Notes under the pieces: model-generated
Seen by the model: the letters and a program-made list of their open reading frames with translations, nothing else
Told to the model about the DNA's origin: nothing
The model's database searches: none
Shown: in pieces, positions 28,716 through 38,322 of the stretch
How positions within the stretch are numbered: the stretch's first letter is position 1
Layout: each line of letters opens with the position of its first letter
Program-made: the position numbers and the translations under genes
Assembly: GCA_947039055.1 (NCBI GenBank)
Contig: CAMQYB010000001.1
Span: 1-38,428, forward strand
DNA from: an uncultured Deferribacteraceae bacterium
Lineage (GTDB): Bacteria; Chrysiogenota; Deferribacteres; Deferribacterales; Mucispirillaceae
Reading direction: 5' to 3'
Length of the DNA stretch: 38,428 bases

Positions 28716-31160
28716 GTGGATAATAAACAGATACTAGAGATAAGTATTGAAGAAACATTAAAAAATAGTTATCTAGATTACGCTATGAGTGTTATAGCAG
28801 GGCGAGCTTTGCCTGACGTGCGTGACGGGCTTAAACCTGTTCACCGTCGTGTTCTATATATTATGAACGAAATGGGTCTTCAATTTAATAAACCGAATAA
28901 GAAATCAGCTAGAGTTGTAGGGGATGTGATGGGTAAACTTCACCCTCATGGTGATACAGCTATCTATGATGCACTTGTACGTTTAGCACAAGATTTTTCT
29001 ATGCGTTACCCGCTTGCTATCGGACAAGGTAACTTTGGGTCAATAGATGGAGATTCTCCTGCTGCAATGCGTTATACCGAAACTCGTATGGCTAAGATCA
29101 CTAGCGAACTTATGGCAGACATTGATTCTGATACAGTCGATTTTATACCAAGTTATGATGGATCTATGGAAGAGCCAGTTGTTTTTCCAACTAAAATCCC
29201 TAACTTACTTATTAATGGTATATCTGGTATCGCTGTTGGTATGGCTACAAATATTCCTCCACATAACTTAACTGAAGTTATGGACGCTCTTTTATTTCTT
29301 GTTGATAATCCTGATGGAACAATTGATGATATATGTGAAATAATCAAAGGGCCTGATTTTCCTACATCTGCTATCGTTATGGGTAGAGGAGAGGTTATTC
29401 AAGCATTTAAAACAGGTAGAGGATCTGTTAAAGTTAGAGCTAGAACTGAAATCATCGAACTTAAAAAAGGTGGTAAAGAACAGATTATCATAACTGAAAT
29501 TCCTTACCAAGTTAATAAAGCCTCTTTGGTTGAAAAGATAGCTGAGCTTGTAAACTCTAAGAAAATGGTCGGTATTACAGATATTCGTGATACATCAAAT
29601 AGAAAAGGGATCAAAATCTTAATAGACGTTCGTAGAGGAGAGTCTGCTGAGGTTATCCTTAATAGATTATATAAATTCACAGCGTTAGAATCTACATTTA
29701 GCTACAATATGGTAGCATTAGTTAATGGCAAGCCTCAAGTATTAGGTATAATGCCGATTTTACAGGCGTTTTTAGCCCATAGAGTAGATGTTGTTACTCG
29801 TAGAACAAAATACCTACTTAGAAAAACTCTTGAGCGTATGCACCTTGTAGAGGGTCTAAAAATAGCTGTTGAAAATATAGATGCTATTGTAGAGCTAATT
29901 AAATCATCTCCTGATACTGCAACTGCTAAGAAAAATTTAATATCTAAATATGAATTATCTGATATCCAAGCTCAAGCTGTACTTGATATGAGACTTGCTA
30001 AAATCACTGGACTTGAAATTGATAAACTTATGGAAGAGTATGCAAGATTATTAAAGGATATAGATTATTATAACTCATTACTTGATTCTAAAAAGAAACT
30101 TATGAATATGATTCGTAAAGAGCTTGAAGAAGTGAAAACTGTTTATGGTGATGTTCGTAAAACAGAAATATCTAATGAGATCACAGGTTTCAATATGGAA
30201 GATCTTATTCCTAATGATGAAACTATCGTTACTATTACTCATAACGGATATATTAAACGTACATTACTATCTAACTTCACTGCACAGAAACGTGGTGGTA
30301 AAGGTAAAACTGGAGCATCATCTAAAGGTGAAGATTTCGTTGAACAGTTAATTCCTACTACTAACCATTGCTTACAGATGTTCTTTACTAATAGAGGTAA
30401 AGTACATTTCTTAAAAGTTTATCAAGTGCCTGAACAGAATAGAGATAGTAAAGGTAGACATATATCTAACCTATTAACATTGGATCTTGATGAAAAGATC
30501 GCTTCAATCTTGACAGTTTCAGATGATGATAATACTAAGTGTATATTCTTTGGAACAAAACAAGGTGTTGTCAAACGTGTGTTAGTGTCTGACTTTAAAT
30601 CTAGTAGATCTGGTATGATAGCACTTAAATTAAGAGAAGATGATGAAATTGTATCAACACTATTAACTTCTCAAGATGATGATATATTTATTACGACTAG
30701 CCAAGGTAAAGCGATTAGATTTAATATATCTGAAGTTAGAACGATGGGTAGAACTGCAACTGGTGTTAGAGGTATTTCTCTGAACGCTGATGATTTTGTT
30801 GTATCGTTAGAAGTTATTAAAACTGAATCTCAGATCTTTGCTGTTACTACTGCTGGACGTGGAAAATCTACTCCTGTTGATGAATACAGAGTTCAATCAC
30901 GTGGTGGTAAAGGTGTTATCTTGATGAAACTTGATAAAGGCAGTACAGTTGTTGGTGCTAAACAAGTTACTATGGATCACGATATTATGCTTATTACGAA
31001 AAGTGGTAAAATAATAAGAACATCAGTATCTAAAATTAGATTAACATTGAGCAGAGGTGCTAAAGGTGTTTCTATAATGAATACATCTGGCGATGAGATT
31101 ATTTCATTAGCTGTTGTATCATCTGATATAAATGATGATGAAGAGTTTTTAGAAAGTTAA
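28716..31160 (+). CDS. gyrA: DNA gyrase subunit A
   Basis: The 814-aa ORF has a GTG start with AGGAG about 10 nt upstream. It reads [30 protein letters not shown], the QRDR-type [17 protein letters not shown], and the active-site AAMRYTE. A C-terminal beta-pinwheel shows repeated GxxGV/GKG blades. Confidence 0.97.
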   Translation: MDNKQILEISIEETLKNSYLDYAMSVIAGRALPDVRDGLKPVHRRVLYIMNEMGLQFNKPNKKSARVVGDVMGKLHPHGDTAIYDALVRLAQDFSMRYPLAIGQGNFGSIDGDSPAAMRYTETRMAKITSELMADIDSDTVDFIPSYDGSMEEPVVFPTKIPNLLINGISGIAVGMATNIPPHNLTEVMDALLFLVDNPDGTIDDICEIIKGPDFPTSAIVMGRGEVIQAFKTGRGSVKVRARTEIIELKKGGKEQIIITEIPYQVNKASLVEKIAELVNSKKMVGITDIRDTSNRKGIKILIDVRRGESAEVILNRLYKFTALESTFSYNMVALVNGKPQVLGIMPILQAFLAHRVDVVTRRTKYLLRKTLERMHLVEGLKIAVENIDAIVELIKSSPDTATAKKNLISKYELSDIQAQAVLDMRLAKITGLEIDKLMEEYARLLKDIDYYNSLLDSKKKLMNMIRKELEEVKTVYGDVRKTEISNEITGFNMEDLIPNDETIVTITHNGYIKRTLLSNFTAQKRGGKGKTGASSKGEDFVEQLIPTTNHCLQMFFTNRGKVHFLKVYQVPEQNRDSKGRHISNLLTLDLDEKIASILTVSDDDNTKCIFFGTKQGVVKRVLVSDFKSSRSGMIALKLREDDEIVSTLLTSQDDDIFITTSQGKAIRFNISEVRTMGRTATGVRGISLNADDFVVSLEVIKTESQIFAVTTAGRGKSTPVDEYRVQSRGGKGVILMKLDKGSTVVGAKQVTMDHDIMLITKSGKIIRTSVSKIRLTLSRGAKGVSIMNTSGDEIISLAVVSSDINDDEEFLES

Positions 31161-31253
31161 TAAATGGATAGGACTTACTAAAGTATATAATGTTTATATA
31201 TTCTAGTGAGTGTGATCTATTAGTAAATATTATTATTTGTGCGGAGGAAGTCT

Positions 31254-32108
31254 ATGTCATTATTGTTAGACGGCAAAGTAGTTTCAGCTAGTATTCGTGA
31301 GAAATTAAAGCAATCAGTATCTGGTTGTAAAGAGAAGTTTGGAAGAGTTCCTGGTATAGCTGTTATTATTGCAGGAGACGATCCAGCGTCACATGTGTAT
31401 GTATCATCAAAAGAGAAAGCAGCATCTGATATAGGTTTTCACTCTATAGTTGATAGAGTTTCTGATACCATTACTACAGATGAGCTTTTAGCATTGATTG
31501 ATAAGTATAATAAAGATGAAATGATCGATGGAATATTAGTACAATTACCTGTTCCTAAAGGTGTTGATGATAAGAAGATACTCCGTGCTATTGATCCAAC
31601 TAAAGATGTTGATGGGTTTCATCCATTCAATGTTGGACTGTTAAATATTGGTGAAGATACTTTAATAAGCTGTACACCTGCTGGAATTATGGAGATCTTA
31701 AAGCATTATAATATAGACGTAGCTGGTAAAGATTGTGTTATTATCGGCAGAAGTAATATCGTTGGCAAACCTATGTCTGCTATGATGATTAAGGCTAATG
31801 CTACTGTTACGGTTTGTCACTCTAAGACAAAAGATATTGAAAAGAAATGTAGTGAAGCAGATATATTAGTTGCTGCAATCGGAATGCCTAAATTTGTTAA
31901 AGCCTCTTTCATTAAGAAAGGAGCTGTTGTTATTGATGTTGGCATGAACAGAGATGAGAATAATAAACTTTGTGGTGATGTAGATTATGAAGATGTGAAA
32001 GATATTGTTTCAGCTATTACTCCAGTTCCTGGTGGAGTTGGGCCAATGACAATCACAATGCTTATGTCTAACACATTAAAATCATTCATGCTTAGAATGG
32101 ATAAATAA
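31254..32108 (+). CDS. folD: Bifunctional methylenetetrahydrofolate dehydrogenase/cyclohydrolase FolD
   Basis: The ORF reads MSLLLDGKVVSASIREKL..., PGIAVIIAGDDPASHVYVSSKEKA, GILVQLPVPKG, DVDGFHPFNVG, VIIGRSNIVGKPM and PVPGGVGPMTI. I prefer the ATG at 31254, with GGAGGA 7 nt upstream, over the GTG at 31239. Confidence 0.95.
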   Translation: MSLLLDGKVVSASIREKLKQSVSGCKEKFGRVPGIAVIIAGDDPASHVYVSSKEKAASDIGFHSIVDRVSDTITTDELLALIDKYNKDEMIDGILVQLPVPKGVDDKKILRAIDPTKDVDGFHPFNVGLLNIGEDTLISCTPAGIMEILKHYNIDVAGKDCVIIGRSNIVGKPMSAMMIKANATVTVCHSKTKDIEKKCSEADILVAAIGMPKFVKASFIKKGAVVIDVGMNRDENNKLCGDVDYEDVKDIVSAITPVPGGVGPMTITMLMSNTLKSFMLRMDK

Positions 32109-32149
32109 CTTGTTTTGGTGTATATAGAATTTTATTATATTTAATTTAT

Positions 32150-32187
32150 AAAGTTAACTAATTGTTTGATTGGTTAACTTTTTTATT
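32150..32187 (+). terminator. Possible intrinsic terminator after folD
   Basis: AAAGTTAAC (32150-32158) pairs with GTTAACTTT (32173-32181), leaving a 14-nt loop. A T-rich tail (TTTATT) follows. The stem is AT-rich, so its stability is modest. Confidence 0.35.
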
Positions 32188-32258
32188 AATTAAAGATATT
32201 AGATTGTAAGTGTTATAAAGATTTTAAGTTGAATTTTGAGAGAGAGAATATACAGTAT

Positions 32259-33842
32259 ATGAGTAAAGAAAATCAGTTGAATAATATTAATAAAGAAACT
32301 GTTGCTAATAGTTATAATAGCGAAACTATCGGCAATAGTGATAGTTGTGTTAATAGTGATAGTAATGTTAATAAAGCAATTATCGGCAATAGTGATAATC
32401 GAGTTAACAGTGACAGTAATATCAATAAAGCAACTATCGGCAATAGTGATAGTTGTGTTAATAGTGACAGTAATATCAATAAAGAAACGATCGTTGCACC
32501 GATAACAGTTGTGCTAACTTCTCCTGTCATAGTAGTGCGTATTTCAGGCGTAGAGGCGATTAAGACGTTTACTCTTATCCAAGATAGAAAAGGTGTTTCA
32601 ATCAGCTGTATAGAGCCAAATAAGGTGTATTTTGCTAAGTTTATATCATTATATGATGGGTTTTGTGATGATGTTTTAGTAACATATTTTAAAGCACCTT
32701 ATTCATATACAGGCGAAGATGTAGTTGAGATATCATTTCATGGTAATCCGATCCTTATCTCATCAGCCTTAAGATCGTTTTATGATCTAGGGTTTAGAGA
32801 TGCAAGAAATGGCGAGTTCACTATGAGAGCATTCTTAAATGATAAGATATCATTAAATGAAGCTGAAGCTATACAAGAGTTTATCGCATCGGATTCAGAT
32901 ATATCATTACGATATGCTTACGAACAGATGAATGGATCTGTTGGTACTCTGTTTGATACTTTTAAATCTGAACTACTTAACTGTAAAGCTATACTTGAAG
33001 CTGATATTGATTTTGCTGAAGATACAGATATTTCTAGTATTTATGCAAGACTGCTAACAATAGTTAATCCGTTATTAGCTCAGATAGAAGAGCTTTTGAT
33101 ATCTTATAAATCATTACGATCTATAAGTAATGATGTTAATTTAGTTATTGTTGGTAAACCGAATGTAGGCAAATCATCTCTACTTAATAAACTCTTAGAT
33201 AGCAATAGAGCGATAGTTTCATCGGTTGCAGGGACAACAAGAGACTTTATTAGTGAAAGGTTTTTGATATCTGGAATACCAGTAACAGTAACTGATACAG
33301 CAGGGATCAGAGAATCAACTGATGAAATAGAAAGTATAGGTATATCTAAATCATTAGAGGTAGTTCATAAAGCAGATATTGTTTTAATTTTATTTGATAT
33401 AAGTGATGGAGATATGTCTATTCTTGATGATAAAAACCTAGATACGATTATAAATTCTAGTAATAGTAGTAAGGTTATTAAGGTTGGTAATAAGAGTGAT
33501 CTGGATCATAGTACAGATCTTTCTATGTTTGATATAGTTATATCATCTAAGACAGGCGATGGAGTTGATAAGTTATTAGCATCAATTAAGGATATAGTTT
33601 CAAGTAGTAGAGATATCAAGCCTAGCTCAATAGGTATAGTTTCCGAAAGACACGCTATGTTATTAGATGTTGTTAAGAGTTCGTTGCAGTCTGTAGTTAA
33701 GAATATTAGCAATAACTTTCCAGAGGATATGATTATATTTGATCTTAATGAATCTATCAGAAAGATAGAAGAGATTACTGGCGAGAAATATACAGAGGAT
33801 ATTCTTTCTATTATTTTTAATAAGTTTTGTATCGGTAAGTAA
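32259..33842 (+). CDS. mnmE: tRNA modification GTPase MnmE (TrmE) with a repeat-containing N-terminal extension
   Basis: The G domain has GKPNVGKSSLLN, DTAGIRES and NKSD, and the C-terminus ends in the FCIGK tetrapeptide. The recognisable MnmE core starts near ETIVAPITVV...VVRISG, at about nt 32484. The nearest in-frame ATG is 32259 and the TTG used by the track is at 32229. The start is therefore uncertain, and about 75-85 extra residues precede the core. Confidence 0.88.
   Translation: MSKENQLNNINKETVANSYNSETIGNSDSCVNSDSNVNKAIIGNSDNRVNSDSNINKATIGNSDSCVNSDSNINKETIVAPITVVLTSPVIVVRISGVEAIKTFTLIQDRKGVSISCIEPNKVYFAKFISLYDGFCDDVLVTYFKAPYSYTGEDVVEISFHGNPILISSALRSFYDLGFRDARNGEFTMRAFLNDKISLNEAEAIQEFIASDSDISLRYAYEQMNGSVGTLFDTFKSELLNCKAILEADIDFAEDTDISSIYARLLTIVNPLLAQIEELLISYKSLRSISNDVNLVIVGKPNVGKSSLLNKLLDSNRAIVSSVAGTTRDFISERFLISGIPVTVTDTAGIRESTDEIESIGISKSLEVVHKADIVLILFDISDGDMSILDDKNLDTIINSSNSSKVIKVGNKSDLDHSTDLSMFDIVISSKTGDGVDKLLASIKDIVSSSRDIKPSSIGIVSERHAMLLDVVKSSLQSVVKNISNNFPEDMIIFDLNESIRKIEEITGEKYTEDILSIIFNKFCIGK
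32328..32489 (+). repeat. In-frame 54-bp tandem repeat x3 inside the 5' end of mnmE
   Basis: The units are 32328-32381, 32382-32435 and 32436-32489, about 88-90% identical. They encode IGNSDSCVNSDSNVNKAI, IGNSDNRVNSDSNINKAT and IGNSDSCVNSDSNINKET. Unit 3 matches unit 1 in its first ~32 nt and unit 2 in the following ~17 nt, so it is a chimera. Confidence 0.85.
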
Positions 33843-33873
33843 GTTTTGTTGTGAACCATTTATTGAGGTTTAA

Positions 33874-33891
33874 ATGTTTCACGTGAAACAT
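33874..33891. other. parS: parS site 1 (ParB/Spo0J-binding centromere-like palindrome)
   Basis: The site is ATGTTTCACGTGAAACAT. Its core TGTTTCACGTGAAACA is identical to the chromosomal parS consensus. The 20-bp palindrome AATGTTTCACGTGAAACATT spans 33873-33892. Confidence 0.8.
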
Positions 33892-33975
33892 TATTATTAT
33901 GTTGATGTGTTAAAGTGATATACAGTTTGGTGTGGTTAAATTATGTCTATTGTTATTAATTGTGAGGGTCGTGAA

Positions 33976-33993
33976 ATGTTTCACGTGAAACAT
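33976..33993. other. parS: parS site 2
   Basis: This is a perfect ATGTTTCACGTGAAACAT. The 20-bp palindrome spans 33975-33994. Confidence 0.8.
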
Positions 33994-34080
33994 TGCTTTA
34001 GTTCATAGGCATAAAAGAAAGGTTTCAGTTTAGGCAGTATTTAAAATTAATAGATAATAAGGTCTTATTATATTGTGGTT

Positions 34081-34098
34081 ATGTTTCACGTGAAACAT
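34081..34098. other. parS: parS site 3
   Basis: This is a perfect ATGTTTCACGTGAAACAT. Confidence 0.8.
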
Positions 34099-34191
34099 TG
34101 TTAAGTTAGTTGTGTTAATGTATTGAGTGATAGAGAAACGCTTAAGTAATAATAGTTTTCCTGTCTGCCTTATGATTACTTTAATATGATA

Positions 34192-34209
34192 ACGTTTCAC
34201 GTGAAACAT
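34192..34209. other. parS: parS site 4 (one mismatch)
   Basis: The site is ACGTTTCACGTGAAACAT. Its single difference falls at the outermost position of the 16-bp core. Confidence 0.7.
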
Positions 34210-34241
34210 AATCAGTAAGTTATTGGCTTGAAGAAGATATA

Positions 34242-34259
34242 ATGTTTCACGTGAAACAT
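34242..34259. other. parS: parS site 5
   Basis: This is a perfect ATGTTTCACGTGAAACAT. The 20-bp palindrome spans 34241-34260, about 90 nt upstream of the first mnmG ATG. Confidence 0.8.
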
Positions 34260-34350
34260 TATATGTATAGTTCGTATGTATATATGGTTTGTATGTGTTG
34301 TGTGTAGTTTAATATGTTATATGTAGTTTGTTTAAATAGAGGTCTCTAAA

Positions 34351-36180
34351 ATGTTTAAGAAGTATGATCTAATAGTGATAGGTGCAGGACATGCAGGTTG
34401 TGAAGCAGCATTAGCATCAGCACGTATGGGTGCGAGTACCTTGCTACTAACTATATCTATTGAGAATGTGGCGTTAATGCCGTGTAATCCAGCGATAGGT
34501 GGCATAGGTAAAGGTAATTTAGTTAAAGATATGGACGCCTTAGGTGGCGAAATGGGATTAAATATAGATGCAACTGGTATACAGTTTAGAATATTAAACA
34601 GAAGTAAAGGTGTAGCTGTGAGAGCAACAAGAGCTCAAGCAGATAAGTATCTTTATAAAGATAGAATGCTTACAACTATATTTGATACACCAAACCTAGA
34701 TTTGAAACAAGGGATTGTTACAGATATTAATATTAATAATAACGAAGTAGAGTCAGTAAGTGTTGCATCAGGTGAACAGTATTTCTGTAAGAAGATAGTT
34801 ATTACAGCTGGAACATTTATTGATGGTCATATATATATCGGTAGTATGAGAATGTCTGCAGGAAGAATGTATGAACCAGCAAGCGTTGCATTAGGCGAGT
34901 CATTAACTAAGTTAGGTCTAAACCATTTCAAGATGAAAACAGATACGCCTGCAAGGATTAGGTTTGATTCTATAGATATCAGTGGACTAGAAGTTCTATC
35001 TTCTGATAGTGGAGATATAACATTTTCTGGAGAGGGTATTAAGAATAATCTAAAGAATATAGATTGTTATCTAACATATACCAATGATGAAACTTGTAGA
35101 ATAGTTGCTGACAATATAAAAGCCTCACAATTATATAGCGGAGAGATTGCTGTAAAAGGCCCAAGATATTGTCCATCTATTGAAGATAAGATCAAGAACT
35201 TTCCAGAGAAAACATCACATAATATAGTTATCGAGCCTGAAAGTTTAGATATGTTTGAGTGTCATATAAATGGTATGTCAACATCTCTTCCGTATGATAT
35301 CCAAGTTGCTGCTTATAGATCTATTAAAGGTTTAGAGAATGCTGTGTTTACAAGACCAGCTTATGCGATAGAGTATAATGTTTACGATCCGAAAGATTTA
35401 CATTACTCTTATGAATCTAAGAAAGTAAAAGGTTTATACCTTGCAGGACAATTAAATGGAACATCAGGATATGAAGAGGCAGCTGTGCAAGGTTTCATGG
35501 CAGGGGTTAATGCCGTTCTGTCTATTGATAATAAAGAACCTTTAATCTTAGGTAGAGATGAAAGTTATATCGGTGTGTTAGGCGATGATATAATAAGTAA
35601 AGGTGTTGATGAGCCTTACAGAATGTTTACATCAAGAGGCGAGTATAGACTTTTATTAAGGGAAGATAGAGCAGAGGCTAGATTGTTACAGTATGGTTAT
35701 GAAAAGTTAGGATTAATAAGAAAAGAAAGATATGATAGGTTTTTAAATGATAGAGAGTTAATAGATTTAGAGATAAGAAGACTTATTAAGTTAAAGGATA
35801 AAGATAAAAATATATCGTATCATGACCTATTAAAAAGACCTGAAGTGTTATATAGAGATATGATTAAAGAGAGTGGTATCGGTGCTGGTAATCTTTCAGA
35901 GAAGTTGATAGATCAGTTAGAGGTAGAGATTAAGTATAAAGGTTATATAGATAAAGAGCAGAAAGAGGTTGAGAAAGCAAGTATCTATGATGATATATTA
36001 GTACCTGATTCTATTAGTTATAAATCAATCCCAGGGCTTAGGTTAGAGTATGCAGAGAAGATTGCATTATTGAAACCTAAAACTTTGAAAGAGATTAGAA
36101 GTATTCCAGGGATTTCTCCATCTGCAATATCGGTTATTGCAATAGAGATATCTAAGATAGTTAAGACAGAAAACATTTAA
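34351..36180 (+). CDS. mnmG: tRNA uridine 5-carboxymethylaminomethyl modification enzyme MnmG (GidA), copy 1
   Basis: The 609-aa ORF reads YDLIVIGAGHAGCEAALASARMG (FAD motif), MPCNPAIGGIGKG, GPRYCPSIEDK, RPAYAIEY, GQLNGTSGYEEAAVQGFMAG and EPYRMFTSRGEYRLLLREDRAE. A full C-terminal helical domain is present (...IPGISPSAISVIAIEI). Confidence 0.93.
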   Translation: MFKKYDLIVIGAGHAGCEAALASARMGASTLLLTISIENVALMPCNPAIGGIGKGNLVKDMDALGGEMGLNIDATGIQFRILNRSKGVAVRATRAQADKYLYKDRMLTTIFDTPNLDLKQGIVTDININNNEVESVSVASGEQYFCKKIVITAGTFIDGHIYIGSMRMSAGRMYEPASVALGESLTKLGLNHFKMKTDTPARIRFDSIDISGLEVLSSDSGDITFSGEGIKNNLKNIDCYLTYTNDETCRIVADNIKASQLYSGEIAVKGPRYCPSIEDKIKNFPEKTSHNIVIEPESLDMFECHINGMSTSLPYDIQVAAYRSIKGLENAVFTRPAYAIEYNVYDPKDLHYSYESKKVKGLYLAGQLNGTSGYEEAAVQGFMAGVNAVLSIDNKEPLILGRDESYIGVLGDDIISKGVDEPYRMFTSRGEYRLLLREDRAEARLLQYGYEKLGLIRKERYDRFLNDRELIDLEIRRLIKLKDKDKNISYHDLLKRPEVLYRDMIKESGIGAGNLSEKLIDQLEVEIKYKGYIDKEQKEVEKASIYDDILVPDSISYKSIPGLRLEYAEKIALLKPKTLKEIRSIPGISPSAISVIAIEISKIVKTENI

Positions 36181-36453
36181 AAGATTATTAGTAGATGATT
36201 TAATTGGCTGATGACTTTTGCTACATGCTTTGGTTAGTTGTTGTTTTCTATTTTAATTAACTAATGATTTTTACTATATGACTTGATCGGCTATAATTGG
36301 TTAAGTCAGTAAGTATTAGAAATAGTATCAATTAAGGATTAATATTGTCTCATTATGTTTTAAGTATAGTAATCGTATAGTAATAGATTTAAGTAAAAGA
36401 TAATTGTAATAAATTAGTTAAATAGTGATAGGTAAATATTAAGGAATTATGAA

Positions 36454-38322
36454 ATGGTAAAGAAAGATATATATGATGTTATAGTGGTTGGTGCAGGTCA
36501 TGCAGGTTGTGAAGCAGCATTGGTATCAGCTAGACGTGGGTTTAGCACGATGCTTATAACTATATCGATCGATAAGATGGCGTATATGAGCTGTAACCCT
36601 GCGATAGGCGGATTAGCTAAAGGTTCATTAGTTAAGGATCTGGACGCTTTAGGCGGCGAAATGGGTAGGAATATAGACGCAACCTTTATACAGTTTCAAT
36701 TATTAAACCAAAGTAAAGGTGTTGCAGCAAGAAGTTCAAGAGCTCAAGCAGATAAACGTAAATATTCAGAGCGAATGAAGAAGAGTATGTTCAGCACAGA
36801 TAATCTAACAGTTAAGCAAGCGATTGTTTCTGATATATTGGTTAATGATAAAGTTGTATACGGTGTAAGAGCTTTATCAGGTGAAGAGTATCATGCAAGA
36901 AAGGTTGTGGTTACGACTGGTACATTTTTGAATGGAAAGATATTTGTTGGTGATAAGAGTTATGAAGGTGGAAGGATGAACGATATATCATCAACACATT
37001 TAGTAAGCTCATTAACATCATTAGGTTTTGATCCTATAAGGTTAAAGACAGGAACACCAGCTAGGGTTGATAAGCGTAGTATAGATTTTGATAAAGTACA
37101 AGCGTATAAGAAAGAAAGTATAAGAAGAGGTTTTTCATTTGAGACAGATGTTTTAGGTGATGATCAGATAGATTGTTTTATAACATATACGTCAGAGACA
37201 ACTCATAAGGTTGTTAGAGATAACACATATAGGTCGCTCTATTTTAATAATAAAGATAAAGCGTTAGGTCCTAGATACTGTCCATCGATGGAAGATAAAG
37301 TATCGAAATTTCCAGATAGAGAACGTCATTTAATTGTACTAGAGGAAGAAGGAATAGGTAGTAATGAGATATATATTAATGGGTTCTCATCATCACTACC
37401 GATAGATGCACAGCTTGCAGCGTATAGAACGATTATAGGGTTAGAGCGAGCAGAGTTTATACGTCCAGCTTATGCGATAGAGTATATAGCGTTTCAGCCG
37501 ACAGTATTGAAGAAGAGTTATGAGACGAAGTTGATAGATGGATTATATTTTGCAGGACAGATTAATGGAACATCAGGATATGAGGAAGCGGCAGTACAAG
37601 GTTTCATGGCTGCGGTTAATGCTACATTGTCGATAGAAGGTAAAGAGGCGTTTATACTTAATAGGGATGAAAGTTATATAGGTGTAATGACAGATGATTT
37701 AACGACTATCGGTGTTGATGAGCCATACCGAATATTTTCATCAAGAGCAGAGCATCGCATGAGATTAAGAGAGGATAATGCAGAGACTAGGTTACTAAAA
37801 TATGGTAAAGATTTAGGGTTAATAACAGATAAAAGATATAGTAGGTTTTTGGATGATTGTGTTGTAGTGAGTAATACAATTGAGAAGTTAAAGGATACAA
37901 AAATAAGGATCTCAGATAAGAATATAGTTGATATAATATCTAAATATAATATAATACTTAGTGAGAGTGTAACAGCGTATGATTTCTTAAAACGTCCTGA
38001 GGCAAGCTATGCTATTTTGGAAGAGATGAACTTAGTTGATCCATTAGGTGCGAAGCTAAAAGAACAGGTTTGGATAGAGATATTTTATGAAGGATACATT
38101 AAGAAAGAAGAGCAAGAAATTGCTAAATCTAATAAGTTAGAGTTTGTTCGAATTCCACAGAGTATAGATTATGGTTCAGTTTCAGGATTAAGGTTAGAAC
38201 AGGTCGAGAAGCTAAAGAGGATTACTCCTGAAAATTTAGGACAAGCGTTACGTATTCCTGGGATGACACATAATGCAATATCGATGTTAGAGATCGCTAT
38301 AGAGAAGATTAAAAAAGTATAA
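36454..38322 (+). CDS. mnmG: MnmG (GidA), copy 2 (diverged full-length paralogue)
   Basis: The 622-aa ORF reads YDVIVVGAGHAGCEAALVSARRG, MSCNPAIGGLAKG, LKTGTPARVD, GPRYCPSMEDK, RPAYAIEY, GQINGTSGYEEAAVQGFMAA and EPYRIFSSRAEHRMRLREDNAE. The C-terminal domain reads ...IPGMTHNAISMLEIAI. Confidence 0.93.
   Translation: MVKKDIYDVIVVGAGHAGCEAALVSARRGFSTMLITISIDKMAYMSCNPAIGGLAKGSLVKDLDALGGEMGRNIDATFIQFQLLNQSKGVAARSSRAQADKRKYSERMKKSMFSTDNLTVKQAIVSDILVNDKVVYGVRALSGEEYHARKVVVTTGTFLNGKIFVGDKSYEGGRMNDISSTHLVSSLTSLGFDPIRLKTGTPARVDKRSIDFDKVQAYKKESIRRGFSFETDVLGDDQIDCFITYTSETTHKVVRDNTYRSLYFNNKDKALGPRYCPSMEDKVSKFPDRERHLIVLEEEGIGSNEIYINGFSSSLPIDAQLAAYRTIIGLERAEFIRPAYAIEYIAFQPTVLKKSYETKLIDGLYFAGQINGTSGYEEAAVQGFMAAVNATLSIEGKEAFILNRDESYIGVMTDDLTTIGVDEPYRIFSSRAEHRMRLREDNAETRLLKYGKDLGLITDKRYSRFLDDCVVVSNTIEKLKDTKIRISDKNIVDIISKYNIILSESVTAYDFLKRPEASYAILEEMNLVDPLGAKLKEQVWIEIFYEGYIKKEEQEIAKSNKLEFVRIPQSIDYGSVSGLRLEQVEKLKRITPENLGQALRIPGMTHNAISMLEIAIEKIKKV

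Noticed and set aside
32302-32530. Two hydrophobic repeat ORFs, 32302-32505(+) and 32312-32530(-).
   Set aside because: They are frame-shifted and antisense readings of the 54-bp tandem repeat at the mnmE 5' end. Their periodicity simply mirrors the DNA repeat, and the mnmE frame is the one that continues into a real protein.
33873-34260. Reading the five ATGTTTCACGTGAAACAT palindromes as a CRISPR array or as stacked rho-independent terminators.
   Set aside because: The repeat is only 18-20 bp, the spacings are unequal (32-93 bp between repeats), and there are no cas genes. As hairpins the palindromes would have essentially no loop and no consistent U-tract. The exact match to the parS consensus is the simpler explanation.
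36181-36453. Loose word sharing (ATGATTT, ATGACTT, AATTGG, GGCT) that hinted at a repeat in the spacer between the two mnmG genes.
   Set aside because: I could not align the segments into a convincing direct or inverted repeat by eye. I treat the spacer as ordinary AT-rich promoter DNA unless a dot-plot shows otherwise.
36454-38322. Interpreting the second mnmG as the folate-dependent methyltransferase TrmFO (Gid).
   Set aside because: TrmFO is about 435 aa and lacks the C-terminal MnmE-interaction domain. This ORF is 622 aa with the full C-terminal domain and MnmG-type motifs throughout.
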